Shown in pieces: positions 28,818-38,778 of a stretch of 64,000 bases of DNA (positions are counted from its first letter, which is position 1; every line of letters begins with the position of its first letter). The DNA comes from a virus: IMG/VR virus record IMGVR_UViG_3300035180_000343, positions 32,001 to 96,000 of that record. The stretch is one strand, 5' to 3'. The position numbers and the translations under genes are program-made. The notes under the pieces are model-generated. The model was not told the origin of the DNA. It ran no database searches and saw only the letters and a list, made by a program, of their open reading frames with translations.

Positions 28818-29042
28818 TTAAAACCATTTGTAGATGCCCCATGCATTTACGAATCCGAAGTAGATTTGAATGTAAAGAAGAGCCTTCGGTGAATTTGATT
28901 TGACTAGTAGGTAGGCAGACGCAATTCCGCCTACTAGAAAGAACACAAATCCAAATTTCGATAGATCATTGTTGTTTGCTATCAATGACGATCCAATTAC
29001 AGCTCCACCGAATGCTACTATTTCCAAGAATTTGCTAAACAT
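28818..29042 (-). CDS. Small membrane protein
   Basis: Three short hydrophobic segments. Confidence 0.6.
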   Translation of the reverse strand: MFSKFLEIVAFGGAVIGSSLIANNNDLSKFGFVFFLVGGIASAYLLVKSNSPKALLYIQIYFGFVNAWGIYKWF

Positions 29043-29193
29043 CGAATTCGGATTCGTTCAGCGTGTAGCATTCTAGCAATGCAAAAGATTCCAAGATTTC
29101 AGCTTTTTGTCGTGCCTCGGATTCTGAAATTGCGATAACACTGATTGTTTCTTTTCCATTCGAAAACTTGTACATCTTTTTGATCAACAGCAT
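29035..29193 (-). CDS. Small hypothetical protein (52 aa)
   Basis: Hand-translated MLLIKKMYKFSNGKETISVIAISE.. with an upstream AAGGA RBS. Confidence 0.45.
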   Translation of the reverse strand: MLLIKKMYKFSNGKETISVIAISESEARQKAEILESFALLECYTLNESEFDV

Positions 29194-29212
29194 TGATAGT
29201 TCCTTTTTGGAG

Positions 29213-29233
29213 AAAAAGACCCACCGAAGTGGG
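29213..29233 (-). terminator. Intrinsic terminator with UUCG tetraloop
   Basis: - strand cccac-TTCG-gtggg followed by tcttttt. Confidence 0.8.
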
Positions 29234-29260
29234 CCTATGAATTGAAGATTTTTTTACCAG

Positions 29261-29302
29261 ATGGCACCGTAAAACCTTAGCCTTTAGGGCGTGGTAGTTG
29301 AC
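29261..29302 (+). mobile_element. 42-nt mini IS200/IS605 derivative (fused left and right ends)
   Basis: atggcaccgtaaaacctt matches the left end at 45165 and cctttagggcgtggtagttgac matches the right end at 46563-46584. Confidence 0.88.
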
Positions 29303-32300
29303 CTTCCGTTAAGCAGATCCAAGAATTTTGTTATTTCATCTGCATTCCACATAAACTCTTGTGTAGATGCTACACAAAATGTTTCGGATTCTGGATGGTT
29401 ATGTGAGATGACCACTAATGGGCCAGTTTGTCCTGGTTCAATCCTAACACGATCGCCAAATTTCGATGGGTCAAACTCATTCGAACCTACTGCTTTGTTT
29501 TCACTAACTGGAATGTTCCCATCCATAAAAATATATGTCGTCGCGTTCATATAATTTTCGGTTGCTTCTTTGATGAATTCTTTAAATGCTTTGATTTTCA
29601 CTATATTCTCGTTAATTTTATATTGTTCTTTAAGATTTTGTATATAACTTTTGTCAACGATTTCGATCTTGAATGCTTTATAGATTTTCAATTGTTTGTT
29701 CGGAGAAAATACGCACCATTCTGGAGAAATGATATCGTCGCCTCCTAAACCAGCAGATAGATAATCTTTACCTTCTTTCCCAAGCAAAGCATGCATTTGG
29801 AAAACATATCCAACAGTTTTAATCCCTCGAGTAATCTCAATGTCCCCCGTATATTGAGCTACCTTGTCTAAGACGTTTGAAAAATAAATTCCATCGCCAA
29901 GCATTTTGCCACTGGTTTTAATTGGACCGCCAATACCAGTTATGACTGCAAACCCATATCGAAGAATCATGCTTGCCGCAACCGATCCAGTTCCATGAAA
30001 AACAGGATCAAGAACTTTAGTATCTGGCATATATTCTAGAAATTCCTGTTGCCCTTGATTTTGTTTTTCGATATTGACGTCGAACTCTTCAAGAAATTTT
30101 ACCCCGATGTTGCCATGTCTATATTTGTTGAACACATCATATTCGATAGTCAGCCGATCCATTTCTTCTTCTGATTTGTCAAGTTTAGAAACTTTTAAAT
30201 CTTGAATTAGTCCCGAATCTGAAATAGTTTTTCCGATATTTTCTTGTAATGCTTTATATGTCGTCAACTCTTCCTTTTTAACAGCCAGCGACGGAACATG
30301 AATGTCATTATATTCCAAAATAGAAATTAAACTGTTATTATCAATGCTTATCAAAGGCTTAATGACATCGTTGGTTATTAGTTTTGCACTTTGTTCGATA
30401 AACTTTACATTCATTATGCGGTTTGCTAGTTTTTTTCTTGTCGGTGTGTCTACTTTTTGAAAGACATCTTCTAAAACTTCATCTTTGTCTTCAACGACGA
30501 GTTTATCAATAATTCGATTGACAGTCTCGTTCAAAGTATCTTTTATACTTTTTGCATATCCAGAATCAGTCTTTAATAGATTTAAAAAATTGAGTGTTGT
30601 TTTTGTTGAAACTGCTTTCCAATTATCTCCATCAGAAAATGATTTCATTAGACCTACGCTAAATTTGTCAATTTTTATTGGTTGATGATCGAATGTGGTT
30701 TCGACGAATTTATTTGCTTGTTCTGGAGTAAAAAGAACAGTTGCTAATAAACTAGATGTGTGGTCTAGAACTGGAGATTTCATTGTTTGTTCAAACAAAT
30801 TTCCTCTCAATTTTTCTTTCAGCTTTTCTGGAAAGTTCGCGACTCCTGTAAAGTTTTCCAGAAGTTTTCCAGTTTTGACATCGTTATTCAGCAGTTGTTT
30901 CATTTTTACGACTATTTCATCTGGGATTTCATCTCCTAATAGTTGAAAATGTTTTCCCAAACCGACGACTGCCGCTATGTCGGTTGCTGTGTCAACACGT
31001 TGTTCGATCATTGAAAAAAGTTTTTCTTTCATTTTCGGGAAAGCATTATAAATTCGGTTTAAATACTCAGGAAAATCGAAATAAGAGTTCAATATATCAA
31101 AAAATATACGTTTTACGTCGTCATCACTTGGAAGAGGTGTTTCTTTTTGGTTTTGTTTGATTTTAACAGTATTGTTATAAAAAAACTCATAATCAGTCGG
31201 TATATTATATTTAACTCTATACTCGAAAACTTTATCAGCAATTATCGAAGCCGAACTAAAATATGTAGAAGCAACCAATTTTAAGAATTTAAGGCTAAAC
31301 CCAACATCGAACATTCTGGACGCTATTGTCGAATCCTTGGCCATATTCCAAAATTGTTTTGCATCGACGGTGTCGTCGTTCCATACTAATTTGTATACTC
31401 CGATTACGATATCATTCAAAACATTTCGTTTCGCATTGCTCATGCGGTTTATCGTATTTTGATTAAATTTTTGTAAAAATCCCCCAAGATTTGTTCCAAC
31501 GACTGGTTGTGCTTTTGCTTGTCTAATTCCCTCGGTTATAGCAGATTGAGTGAACTCTTTCATATCGGAATTTTTAGTCAATTGGTCAAAATAACTAAAA
31601 TTCTGCTGATTCATCGTTAACGCTCGAACGAACTCATATACGATTTCCGCTGGAGTTCTGGTTTTGACGATTTTAAATATTTTAAACGGTAGATCCATGT
31701 CAATAACTCGTCTAATTGACATTGGAAGAATGTTATGATTGTCAGACGAAATTTCGATTGTGTCTGGGTCGGGAGAATATATTAAAGAATCTTCTCCCAA
31801 CCTTATTAGAAGATTCTCAATTCCAGTCTTAATGGAGGATAGTATATTTGGAAGAACTACGTTCGATGTCGAACACATTCTAAATGAGATGAATGCCTTT
31901 AATGTAGATTCGTCGCCGTTGCTGAGGCTATACTTTATTGAATCCATGTTCGACATTATTGGAGTATAACTCTTATTTGGTATCAACTCTCTATAAAATG
32001 ATCCAGCAAAAACTAAGAATTCTGAAATTTGTTTAATTCTATCTTCGCTATTGTCTTCTTTTAATAGGTTGAATATCTCTTCATTTTTGCGTCGCAAAAA
32101 TGCATAAATTCGTACCATATCACCAGGCTTGGCGTCGCGCTTTGACAAAATCAAATTGTTATTGTCTATGATCGTTTTTGCGACTGCTTTTAGTCTAGCT
32201 TCACATTGACTAATATTTGAAATGTCTTCAAATACGTCATTCAGTTCATTCATAGTTAATTTAACAAATAAATTGGTGCCTAATTTTTTCAGTTGCTTAT

Positions 32301-33243
32301 AAACTTCCCAATTTGAGAACAGTGGATAATTGCCATGAGTCGAATTTAAACCGAGATCGATATCGACAAAAGTAACTTTATCCGTTGCTTCAAACTTGTT
32401 GACGCCATAAGTTTTTAAAACTGCATTATATTCGGCGGCGGTTCTAGTGTTAAATAGGTCAATCCAGAATTGGTTGGATATTCCTTTTGGCGATTGTATA
32501 GTAGGAGTTATCGTTGCTTGAGTTTCCGGCGAAACTACATCTTTCAGTTTCTTTGGCGCAGGCGAATCGTTCTTTACAACAGTTGACGTATCTGCCGTGG
32601 GAGTTTTGACAGTCGATTGAGAAGTTGTCGTGGGTGTTTGTGTAGTTGTGGTAGATGGAGGCACATAGTCTCCCATCTTTCCAAAGATCGTGTTATATTT
32701 GCCTTTCATCACCAACTCTCGGACTTCAAGCGTCCCATCTTTATTTGGTTTAATTTTCGAAAGAAGATACAATTCCTTGGCGGTATGTTCGAGATCCAAT
32801 TTTCCATCTTGGAATTGTTCGACAATCGCTAATACTTTTTGGGATGGTCTGAAAGTCTTATACTTGATATCGGCGATAATTCCTCGAATTAAATTTTCGT
32901 CGAGATCCTTTCCAGACAATCTTTTTGATTTAATTAGAAACAACAGTTTCGTAATTCTTGTCGTTACCGCAGGAAGAAGAAACCCGGAATCATATGCCAG
33001 TTTAACCGAAACCGACACGTCATGGTTATCGTCCCCGATATTATCAATTTGCAACTTTCCTTCGGCAGTTTCATAATTCTTCATCCCTGCTGTCTGATCG
33101 TTCATCTTGAACATGCCGAGAAACATTAGGAAATTGAAGAAAAAGAGGTTCATCACCTTTTCTTTGTCTGCTAGCACTGCTGCTTTTTCTGCTGGAGTGG
33201 TGTAGATTGTGTTTTCTTCAAGAAAAGAATTTAGTTGTTTCAT
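29284..33243 (-). CDS. Large virion-associated protein with C-terminal PARP-like ADP-ribosyltransferase domain
   Basis: VFHGTGS..ILRYGF, GKMLGDGIYFS..KVAQY, PEWCVF (H-Y-E ART motifs); MKQLNSFLEE start; ATAAATA late-like motif upstream. Confidence 0.7.
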   Translation of the reverse strand: MKQLNSFLEENTIYTTPAEKAAVLADKEKVMNLFFFNFLMFLGMFKMNDQTAGMKNYETAEGKLQIDNIGDDNHDVSVSVKLAYDSGFLLPAVTTRITKLLFLIKSKRLSGKDLDENLIRGIIADIKYKTFRPSQKVLAIVEQFQDGKLDLEHTAKELYLLSKIKPNKDGTLEVRELVMKGKYNTIFGKMGDYVPPSTTTTQTPTTTSQSTVKTPTADTSTVVKNDSPAPKKLKDVVSPETQATITPTIQSPKGISNQFWIDLFNTRTAAEYNAVLKTYGVNKFEATDKVTFVDIDLGLNSTHGNYPLFSNWEVYKQLKKLGTNLFVKLTMNELNDVFEDISNISQCEARLKAVAKTIIDNNNLILSKRDAKPGDMVRIYAFLRRKNEEIFNLLKEDNSEDRIKQISEFLVFAGSFYRELIPNKSYTPIMSNMDSIKYSLSNGDESTLKAFISFRMCSTSNVVLPNILSSIKTGIENLLIRLGEDSLIYSPDPDTIEISSDNHNILPMSIRRVIDMDLPFKIFKIVKTRTPAEIVYEFVRALTMNQQNFSYFDQLTKNSDMKEFTQSAITEGIRQAKAQPVVGTNLGGFLQKFNQNTINRMSNAKRNVLNDIVIGVYKLVWNDDTVDAKQFWNMAKDSTIASRMFDVGFSLKFLKLVASTYFSSASIIADKVFEYRVKYNIPTDYEFFYNNTVKIKQNQKETPLPSDDDVKRIFFDILNSYFDFPEYLNRIYNAFPKMKEKLFSMIEQRVDTATDIAAVVGLGKHFQLLGDEIPDEIVVKMKQLLNNDVKTGKLLENFTGVANFPEKLKEKLRGNLFEQTMKSPVLDHTSSLLATVLFTPEQANKFVETTFDHQPIKIDKFSVGLMKSFSDGDNWKAVSTKTTLNFLNLLKTDSGYAKSIKDTLNETVNRIIDKLVVEDKDEVLEDVFQKVDTPTRKKLANRIMNVKFIEQSAKLITNDVIKPLISIDNNSLISILEYNDIHVPSLAVKKEELTTYKALQENIGKTISDSGLIQDLKVSKLDKSEEEMDRLTIEYDVFNKYRHGNIGVKFLEEFDVNIEKQNQGQQEFLEYMPDTKVLDPVFHGTGSVAASMILRYGFAVITGIGGPIKTSGKMLGDGIYFSNVLDKVAQYTGDIEITRGIKTVGYVFQMHALLGKEGKDYLSAGLGGDDIISPEWCVFSPNKQLKIYKAFKIEIVDKSYIQNLKEQYKINENIVKIKAFKEFIKEATENYMNATTYIFMDGNIPVSENKAVGSNEFDPSKFGDRVRIEPGQTGPLVVISHNHPESETFCVASTQEFMWNADEITKFLDLLNGRSTTTP

Positions 33244-33282
33244 GATGGCTCTTTGAAGTTAATTGGGAACTTAGAGTATTTA

Positions 33283-33474
33283 TTATTTGGTTTTGAAATC
33301 GGTCTCATAGAATCCAGTGCCGTTGAAGATTGGCCGTCCTGGTATAGAAACTTGTTTGACGAGAGAACCCTCAGACTTGCAAATCGGACAATCTTTCAAA
33401 TTGTCGTCTTTGATTGATTGGTAGGCTTCGATCAATTCGTTACATTTTTGACATCGATATTCATAAAGTGGCAT
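33283..33474 (-). CDS. FmdB-family zinc-ribbon protein
   Basis: MPLYEYRCQKC..CPIC..FNGTGFYETDF. Confidence 0.85.
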   Translation of the reverse strand: MPLYEYRCQKCNELIEAYQSIKDDNLKDCPICKSEGSLVKQVSIPGRPIFNGTGFYETDFKTK

Positions 33475-33475
33475 T

Positions 33476-34084
33476 TCAATCTTCTCCAAATACGTCTTGG
33501 TAAACTGTTTTCATTCTGATGATGTCCGCACAAGTGTCGTGTAGACAATTGTGAGCAATCAACCCAGGAATATTCAAATTTTTGTACTTTCCGTATCCGT
33601 CGGTTGATCCAGTCAGAACATCGATGAAAGTTCTGATGTCGCGGATTGCCCAGGTATTGAACGGAAGATTCTTTCCAATCTGTTGATGCATTGACTCGAT
33701 CATGGGGAAATCAAAATAGTTGCCGCGACAAAAGACAAATGATTTTCTGTCATCGAATCGATATTCAGATTCGTGAAGATATTTAGACAGTTCGGTTAAC
33801 CCATCTTCCATCGTCATGTCTTCGTCGGAGTCTTCATAAACAGCTCTCGCCTCAGAACTCTGTTTCTTCCACCAGTCGATGGTGCTTTTGTCAACTGTTC
33901 GACGATATTTGTCCCTTTGTTCGCGTTTGTTGAATTTGACTGAGAATCCATCTTTAACATATTCTTCGAAGGATTTGTTTTCGTCAATTCGAAATGGAAC
34001 ACAGGCTAAAGACAACACAATTGAACTTGGCCGAGTCCCAAGAGTCTCGACGTCGAAATTTAGGAAAATTGGCGAATCTGTCAT
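33476..34084 (-). CDS. DEDDh 3'-5' exonuclease (DexA/DUF5051-like)
   Basis: FDVETLG, RGNYFDFP, IRDIRT, HNCLHDTCAD. Confidence 0.85.
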   Translation of the reverse strand: MTDSPIFLNFDVETLGTRPSSIVLSLACVPFRIDENKSFEEYVKDGFSVKFNKREQRDKYRRTVDKSTIDWWKKQSSEARAVYEDSDEDMTMEDGLTELSKYLHESEYRFDDRKSFVFCRGNYFDFPMIESMHQQIGKNLPFNTWAIRDIRTFIDVLTGSTDGYGKYKNLNIPGLIAHNCLHDTCADIIRMKTVYQDVFGED

Positions 34085-34593
34085 TTTTTGCTTCCCATGA
34101 GCAGTATATAACGGTTAATATGTTTGATTTCTTTTTCAAATGGATCAATATCCAACAATGCAATTGGCTGATATTTCGCCAGAGCTGCAACGGTATCAAG
34201 AGAAATTACGTTATTGATTGCTGACTGAATGATATTCTCTCTTGTTTGTCCAATACATTGTTCTTTCTCACGTTCAATGTTGGCATCTAAATTTTCCCGA
34301 AATTTGAAGAACTCGTCTGCCACTTGATATGCATGTTTAGACGCCATTAGATTTAGATACGGAGGACGGTCGAATTGTCTAAGGTTAGCAACGAAGTGAT
34401 ATTTGATTTTCTCCATGTCTGCGTCATAGTGATTCAACAACGACAAGCATTGTAAGTTGTATTTCAAATACTTTGAATCCGTTGATTTCGTCCATCCAAG
34501 TTTAGTAAAATCGTATTTTCCTTGAAAGTGTAAATATAGTCCCATGAAACAGTTGTAAACATCGATGGGAGAAAACGTTGTTGTGACCATCAA
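34081..34593 (-). CDS. gp59: Helicase loader gp59-like
   Basis: DVYNCFMGLYLHFQG.YDF.K..W pattern; lies next to gp33. Confidence 0.65.
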   Translation of the reverse strand: MMVTTTFSPIDVYNCFMGLYLHFQGKYDFTKLGWTKSTDSKYLKYNLQCLSLLNHYDADMEKIKYHFVANLRQFDRPPYLNLMASKHAYQVADEFFKFRENLDANIEREKEQCIGQTRENIIQSAINNVISLDTVAALAKYQPIALLDIDPFEKEIKHINRYILLMGSKK

Positions 34594-34877
34594 AACTCCA
34601 TCATTTGATTTGAAGTTCGTTTCAATAATCCAACACTTTCTCCTTGGACTCTAAGTTTCTCTTTAAGGGATTCCGATAACATTGCTGGGATGTCTTCGAA
34701 ATCTACCTTATTAAGTTCGCTCCATTGAAGCAGTGCTTGGATATAATCCCCGTCAGTTTCGAGCACTGCTAACAATTCGATCTCTTCCGATACATTTCGT
34801 GGATTATCAAATTGACGATCAAACTTTTCAATTGGATCATTGATATGTTCGATGTCGTCAAAGAATAAATTATTCAT
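34590..34877 (-). CDS. gp33: Late-transcription coactivator gp33
   Basis: YIQALLQWSE..VDFEDIPAMLSESLKEKL..G..GLLK. Confidence 0.75.
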   Translation of the reverse strand: MNNLFFDDIEHINDPIEKFDRQFDNPRNVSEEIELLAVLETDGDYIQALLQWSELNKVDFEDIPAMLSESLKEKLRVQGESVGLLKRTSNQMMEF

Positions 34878-34888
34878 CTGCTATTCTC

Positions 34889-35944
34889 CTATCTTTTCCA
34901 AAGATTTTGTAAATTAAGATCGCCCAAATCATTCCTCACAGAGGATGTTAGATAACTAGACAATTCTACTTCCTGTGGAGCCACCTGTGAATTTTCGCTA
35001 GTGAAGTGCTTTTCAATCCAAGGTAAAGGATGCTCAATTCGTGGGATGCCATCCACCAGTTTCACCGCCTTCATACGTCGAGGTAACAAGTAGTCAATAT
35101 AATTTGACAGAATTTTCTCGTTCAAACCCAACATCGTTCCATTCTCAAACAAATACCTCGCCCATTCTTTTTCTTGTTCTGCCGCCGCCATGAAAATCTG
35201 TGTTGCATTCTTTCGATTGTCGCCGATGATTTGCACGAATTCTGGGTCATCTTGTGGAAGTAGCTTTAAGATGTGCTGAACTAAAACAAGGTGCATGTTC
35301 TCGTCACGAGCGATCATCTTGATAGTCTTAGCTGATGCTTCAACCATTCCTCGTTCCATGAATGCGAACGTGCATGCAAAAGAAACATAGAATCTGATGG
35401 CTTCAAGTGCATTTGCAGAAATCAGCGCAAGATAAAGATTTTCTTTGTTTGGATTGTTGCGTAGACGATCATATGATTCGGTGATGTCATGTGCGCAATC
35501 CACGATTGGACGAATATTGGGCATGTCGTCAACCACTTCAGCAGGGTTTGGATAGATAGCCCGTAAGATGTAGGTATAACTTGCACTGTGGATAGACTCG
35601 AAAAACGACCATGTTAGAATGGCATTTTCTAATGTCGGGTCAGTGCAGTGTTCCAAGAAAGTGAGAGCTGGTGCCCTTCCCTGGATTGAATCCAATAAGA
35701 TTTGTCGTTTAAGATTAGATGTAAAGATGAACTGTTCGGCATCTGTCATCTTATCGAAACTACGTTTCTCTTGAGAAAAGTCGATTTCCTGTGGACGCCA
35801 AAAAAAGGATTTCATCTTCTCGTCAATTTTGTCCAAGATTGGATAACGTATTGTATCGTAACGACAGATGCCATGTCCACTCTCGCCAAAGAATAACTTG
35901 TCGGGGTGAACATTCATTGATAGAACTGGTTGAAAAGTGGTCAT
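34889..35944 (-). CDS. nrdB: Class Ia ribonucleotide reductase beta subunit
   Basis: FWRPQEID, QILLDSIQG, ESIHSASY, LEAIRFYVSFAC, IARDENMH, APQEVELSSY. Confidence 0.96.
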   Translation of the reverse strand: MTTFQPVLSMNVHPDKLFFGESGHGICRYDTIRYPILDKIDEKMKSFFWRPQEIDFSQEKRSFDKMTDAEQFIFTSNLKRQILLDSIQGRAPALTFLEHCTDPTLENAILTWSFFESIHSASYTYILRAIYPNPAEVVDDMPNIRPIVDCAHDITESYDRLRNNPNKENLYLALISANALEAIRFYVSFACTFAFMERGMVEASAKTIKMIARDENMHLVLVQHILKLLPQDDPEFVQIIGDNRKNATQIFMAAAEQEKEWARYLFENGTMLGLNEKILSNYIDYLLPRRMKAVKLVDGIPRIEHPLPWIEKHFTSENSQVAPQEVELSSYLTSSVRNDLGDLNLQNLWKR

Positions 35945-35964
35945 TAGTAACTCCATAAAGTTTA

Positions 35965-35993
35965 ATTATACGCTAAATTACCTGATAAGTCAA
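35965..35993 (-). promoter_or_regulatory. Sigma70-type promoter TTGACT-17-TATAAT upstream of nrdB
   Basis: Spacing counted directly. Confidence 0.7.
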
Positions 35994-35994
35994 G

Positions 35995-38241
35995 TCAGAG
36001 TTTACATGCACCACTTTCACATCCACCATCTTCTAACATATCATCCCCGGATCCATCATATGTGTTTGAATAGTATAACGTTTTCACTCCAGACTGATAA
36101 GCAAACAATAGGTCAGAAATAAGACAACTCATAGTAATTTCACCACGGGATGGGTTATAACTGGTATTTGCTGAGATTGATTGGTCAACCCAACGTTGCA
36201 TTACTGCAACTGTTTTAAGATAATCTCGAACATCGACATTCCATAGAGTCTCATATACGTTATTCAGTTTGCTAAATTCTGGAACAACTTGTGGCAATAC
36301 ACCCTCTTTGGATCCTTTGATGGTGATTAGACTTCTTGGCGGTTCAAATCCAGATGTTTCGTTCGATAGCTGTGAACTTGTTTCACAGGGCATTAGTGCC
36401 ATTAAAGTTGCGTTACGAATACCATATTTGAGTGCTCGAGTTTTCAATGCATCCCAATCCATTCTAGTTTGCCCTGGCACCACACTGACGTCTTTGGGGA
36501 AAATGCCGTCATGATATCGAGTGCGAACATCAATGCTTCCTCGTTCTTCCGCAAGACTGATTGACGATTCTGTTAGATAATAAGCAATACGCTCCATCAA
36601 CTTATCGGTTTCTAGCAGTGCTTCATCTGATCCCCATGTCATTCGACCTTTAGCTAACCAGTGTGCATATCCAATAATACCTATTCCAAGTGGACGATAC
36701 CGTTCGGTGTGACGTCGGGCAGCGTCGTTCATATAGTCTTGATATGATAAAAGCTCATCCAACCCTCTGTTTAAAACTTGACAACAATCTCTAAGAATAT
36801 CAATCTGTGACTCTGTCATTTCTTTGCTGAATTTACCAACATTAACAGCGGCCAGAGTGCATAGAGCAATGAGGGATTCATTATTGCCCATTGGTGCAGT
36901 AGGAAGACAGATTTCTTGGCATAGGTTAGATAAGAAAATGTGTTCATAGAATGGAGTTTGCGTATTTACGTTATCAGCATTAAAGATATAGATTCGACCA
37001 GTCTCAAATCGTTCGTTCATCAACTTGGAAAAATATTCCATTGCTGGGATACTTTTACGAGTGACCTTTGGAGACGTTTCGTATTTTTCATACAAAGTTT
37101 TGAAAAGTTCGGTGTCATTGCTATAGAAGGCATCATATAAATCTGGTACTTCTTCTGGGCTGAATAAAGTAATATTGCCACCAGTTACAAGTCGTTCATA
37201 CATGAATCCATTTAACGCAACCGAATAATCCATGGTTCTGATTCGTGTTTCTTCTGTCCCTTTGTTGTTCTTAAGCTCAATCAAGCTCTCGAACTCAATA
37301 TGCCAACCTGGATACGACATCGTAGCAGATGCACCACGAACTGATCCCTGTGAACATGATTTAAGTGCGGCATTGAAATACTTTGCAAAAGGAATGACCC
37401 CAGTAGTAACTGCTGTGCCTTTGTTGACTAATTGTCCAACACCACGAATACGCCCGACATTGATACCAATTCCTGCTTTCTTGGATGCATATTCAACAAT
37501 AGCGGAAGCAGTGGAATTTATAGATGACAGCGAATCTCCACTATCAATTACCGTACAAGATGAGAATTGTTTTACTGGTGTTCTCATACCAGCCATAATT
37601 GGCGTGGGCAATGAAATATAATGTTGACTTGCCAAATCGTAGAATTTCTTAACCCACATCATTCGAGTTTCTTTCGGATAACGTGCAAATAGCGTAGCAG
37701 CAACCATGATATATGGAAACTGGAAAGATTCATATATCTTCCTCGTCTTTCTATTTTGTACCAAATATTTCTTGCGCATCTGTTCGGCGCCGGCATATCT
37801 GAACAGATCGTCTCGACGGTGGTCGATCATTGAATTGAGTTCGTCTATTTCTTCATCGTTATAATATTGTAGAATATCGCCCGAGTAGAACCCAGATTCA
37901 ATGTTGCGATTTAAAACTGTTCGCAGGTGAGGTGGCATGTTAGTGCCGAATGCTTCTTTGCGAACTGTAAACCAAACCAGTCTTGCTGCCACGTGGTCAT
38001 AGTTTGGTGTGTCTTCGGAAATCAAGTCAGATGCTGCTTTTATTAGAAGTGAATGTATCTCACTTGTTTTCATCCTGTTGTAGAAATGTATTTGTGCCTG
38101 CATTTCTATATGCGACACGGAGACGCATCGAATGGGTGTGAGGCCATCGTCGTTGTCGCCACCACATGCCCATTCAAGGACATTATGGATTTTAGTTAAA
38201 TCAAGAGGTTGGACTGATCCGTCACGTTTAATTACGTTCAA
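35995..38241 (-). CDS. nrdA: Class Ia ribonucleotide reductase alpha subunit with ATP cone
   Basis: VIKRDG ATP cone, QFSSC, SNLCQEI, LMPCETSSQ, C-terminal CESGACKL. Confidence 0.97.
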   Translation of the reverse strand: MNVIKRDGSVQPLDLTKIHNVLEWACGGDNDDGLTPIRCVSVSHIEMQAQIHFYNRMKTSEIHSLLIKAASDLISEDTPNYDHVAARLVWFTVRKEAFGTNMPPHLRTVLNRNIESGFYSGDILQYYNDEEIDELNSMIDHRRDDLFRYAGAEQMRKKYLVQNRKTRKIYESFQFPYIMVAATLFARYPKETRMMWVKKFYDLASQHYISLPTPIMAGMRTPVKQFSSCTVIDSGDSLSSINSTASAIVEYASKKAGIGINVGRIRGVGQLVNKGTAVTTGVIPFAKYFNAALKSCSQGSVRGASATMSYPGWHIEFESLIELKNNKGTEETRIRTMDYSVALNGFMYERLVTGGNITLFSPEEVPDLYDAFYSNDTELFKTLYEKYETSPKVTRKSIPAMEYFSKLMNERFETGRIYIFNADNVNTQTPFYEHIFLSNLCQEICLPTAPMGNNESLIALCTLAAVNVGKFSKEMTESQIDILRDCCQVLNRGLDELLSYQDYMNDAARRHTERYRPLGIGIIGYAHWLAKGRMTWGSDEALLETDKLMERIAYYLTESSISLAEERGSIDVRTRYHDGIFPKDVSVVPGQTRMDWDALKTRALKYGIRNATLMALMPCETSSQLSNETSGFEPPRSLITIKGSKEGVLPQVVPEFSKLNNVYETLWNVDVRDYLKTVAVMQRWVDQSISANTSYNPSRGEITMSCLISDLLFAYQSGVKTLYYSNTYDGSGDDMLEDGGCESGACKL

Positions 38242-38324
38242 GTTGAAGACTCCGCGATGTTAGATGAAAAGCCACGAATTTTTAGGCTCGTGGCAGGTAA
38301 TTGACATACGATATATAAAATTTG

Positions 38325-38501
38325 CTATTCTTTTTGTGGAAAATTATTGATAATTTCAGCATCTTTTGGATTAGACGGGTCAAACTTTTGAATGCGAAAT
38401 CCTTTGGCATACTCTTCGTCGACTTTAGTTATTCTAACGAGTGGATATTTATTCCAATTCGTTCGTATATACTTTACATCGGTTTCGTTTTTAATCGTCA
38501 T
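38325..38501 (-). CDS. Hypothetical 58-aa protein
   Basis: Hand-translated MTIKNETDVKYIRTNWNKYPLV..; fills the gap on the coding strand. Confidence 0.55.
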   Translation of the reverse strand: MTIKNETDVKYIRTNWNKYPLVRITKVDEEYAKGFRIQKFDPSNPKDAEIINNFPQKE

Positions 38502-38514
38502 TATTCTTAAGCAC

Positions 38515-38778
38515 TTATAGTCCGACTTCGAGATGATAAAGCGCGTTCACTTCATATACTTCTAAATCGCCAATTTTTAGTGATTGGTTATCTTCTTCTG
38601 AACTCAGGACATTTTTTGTTAATGCATCCTTTTCTGCTCGAACGATTGCTAACTCGATACTACCGAGATATACCTTAGTTGGCTTCTTTCCAGTTTCGCG
38701 CTCAAAGTAGTATGCTTTTTTGAAAATCGTGGTGGAAATACTAGTAGATTGTTGCATTAAGTTACCTCGAGAAATCAA
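38515..38778 (-). CDS. Hypothetical protein
   Basis: ORF on the coding strand. Confidence 0.55.
   Translation of the reverse strand: MISRGNLMQQSTSISTTIFKKAYYFERETGKKPTKVYLGSIELAIVRAEKDALTKNVLSSEEDNQSLKIGDLEVYEVNALYHLEVGL

Noticed and set aside
34889-38241. Introns or inteins in nrdA/nrdB
   Set aside because: Both ORFs are continuous, of normal length, and lack intein or homing-endonuclease motifs.
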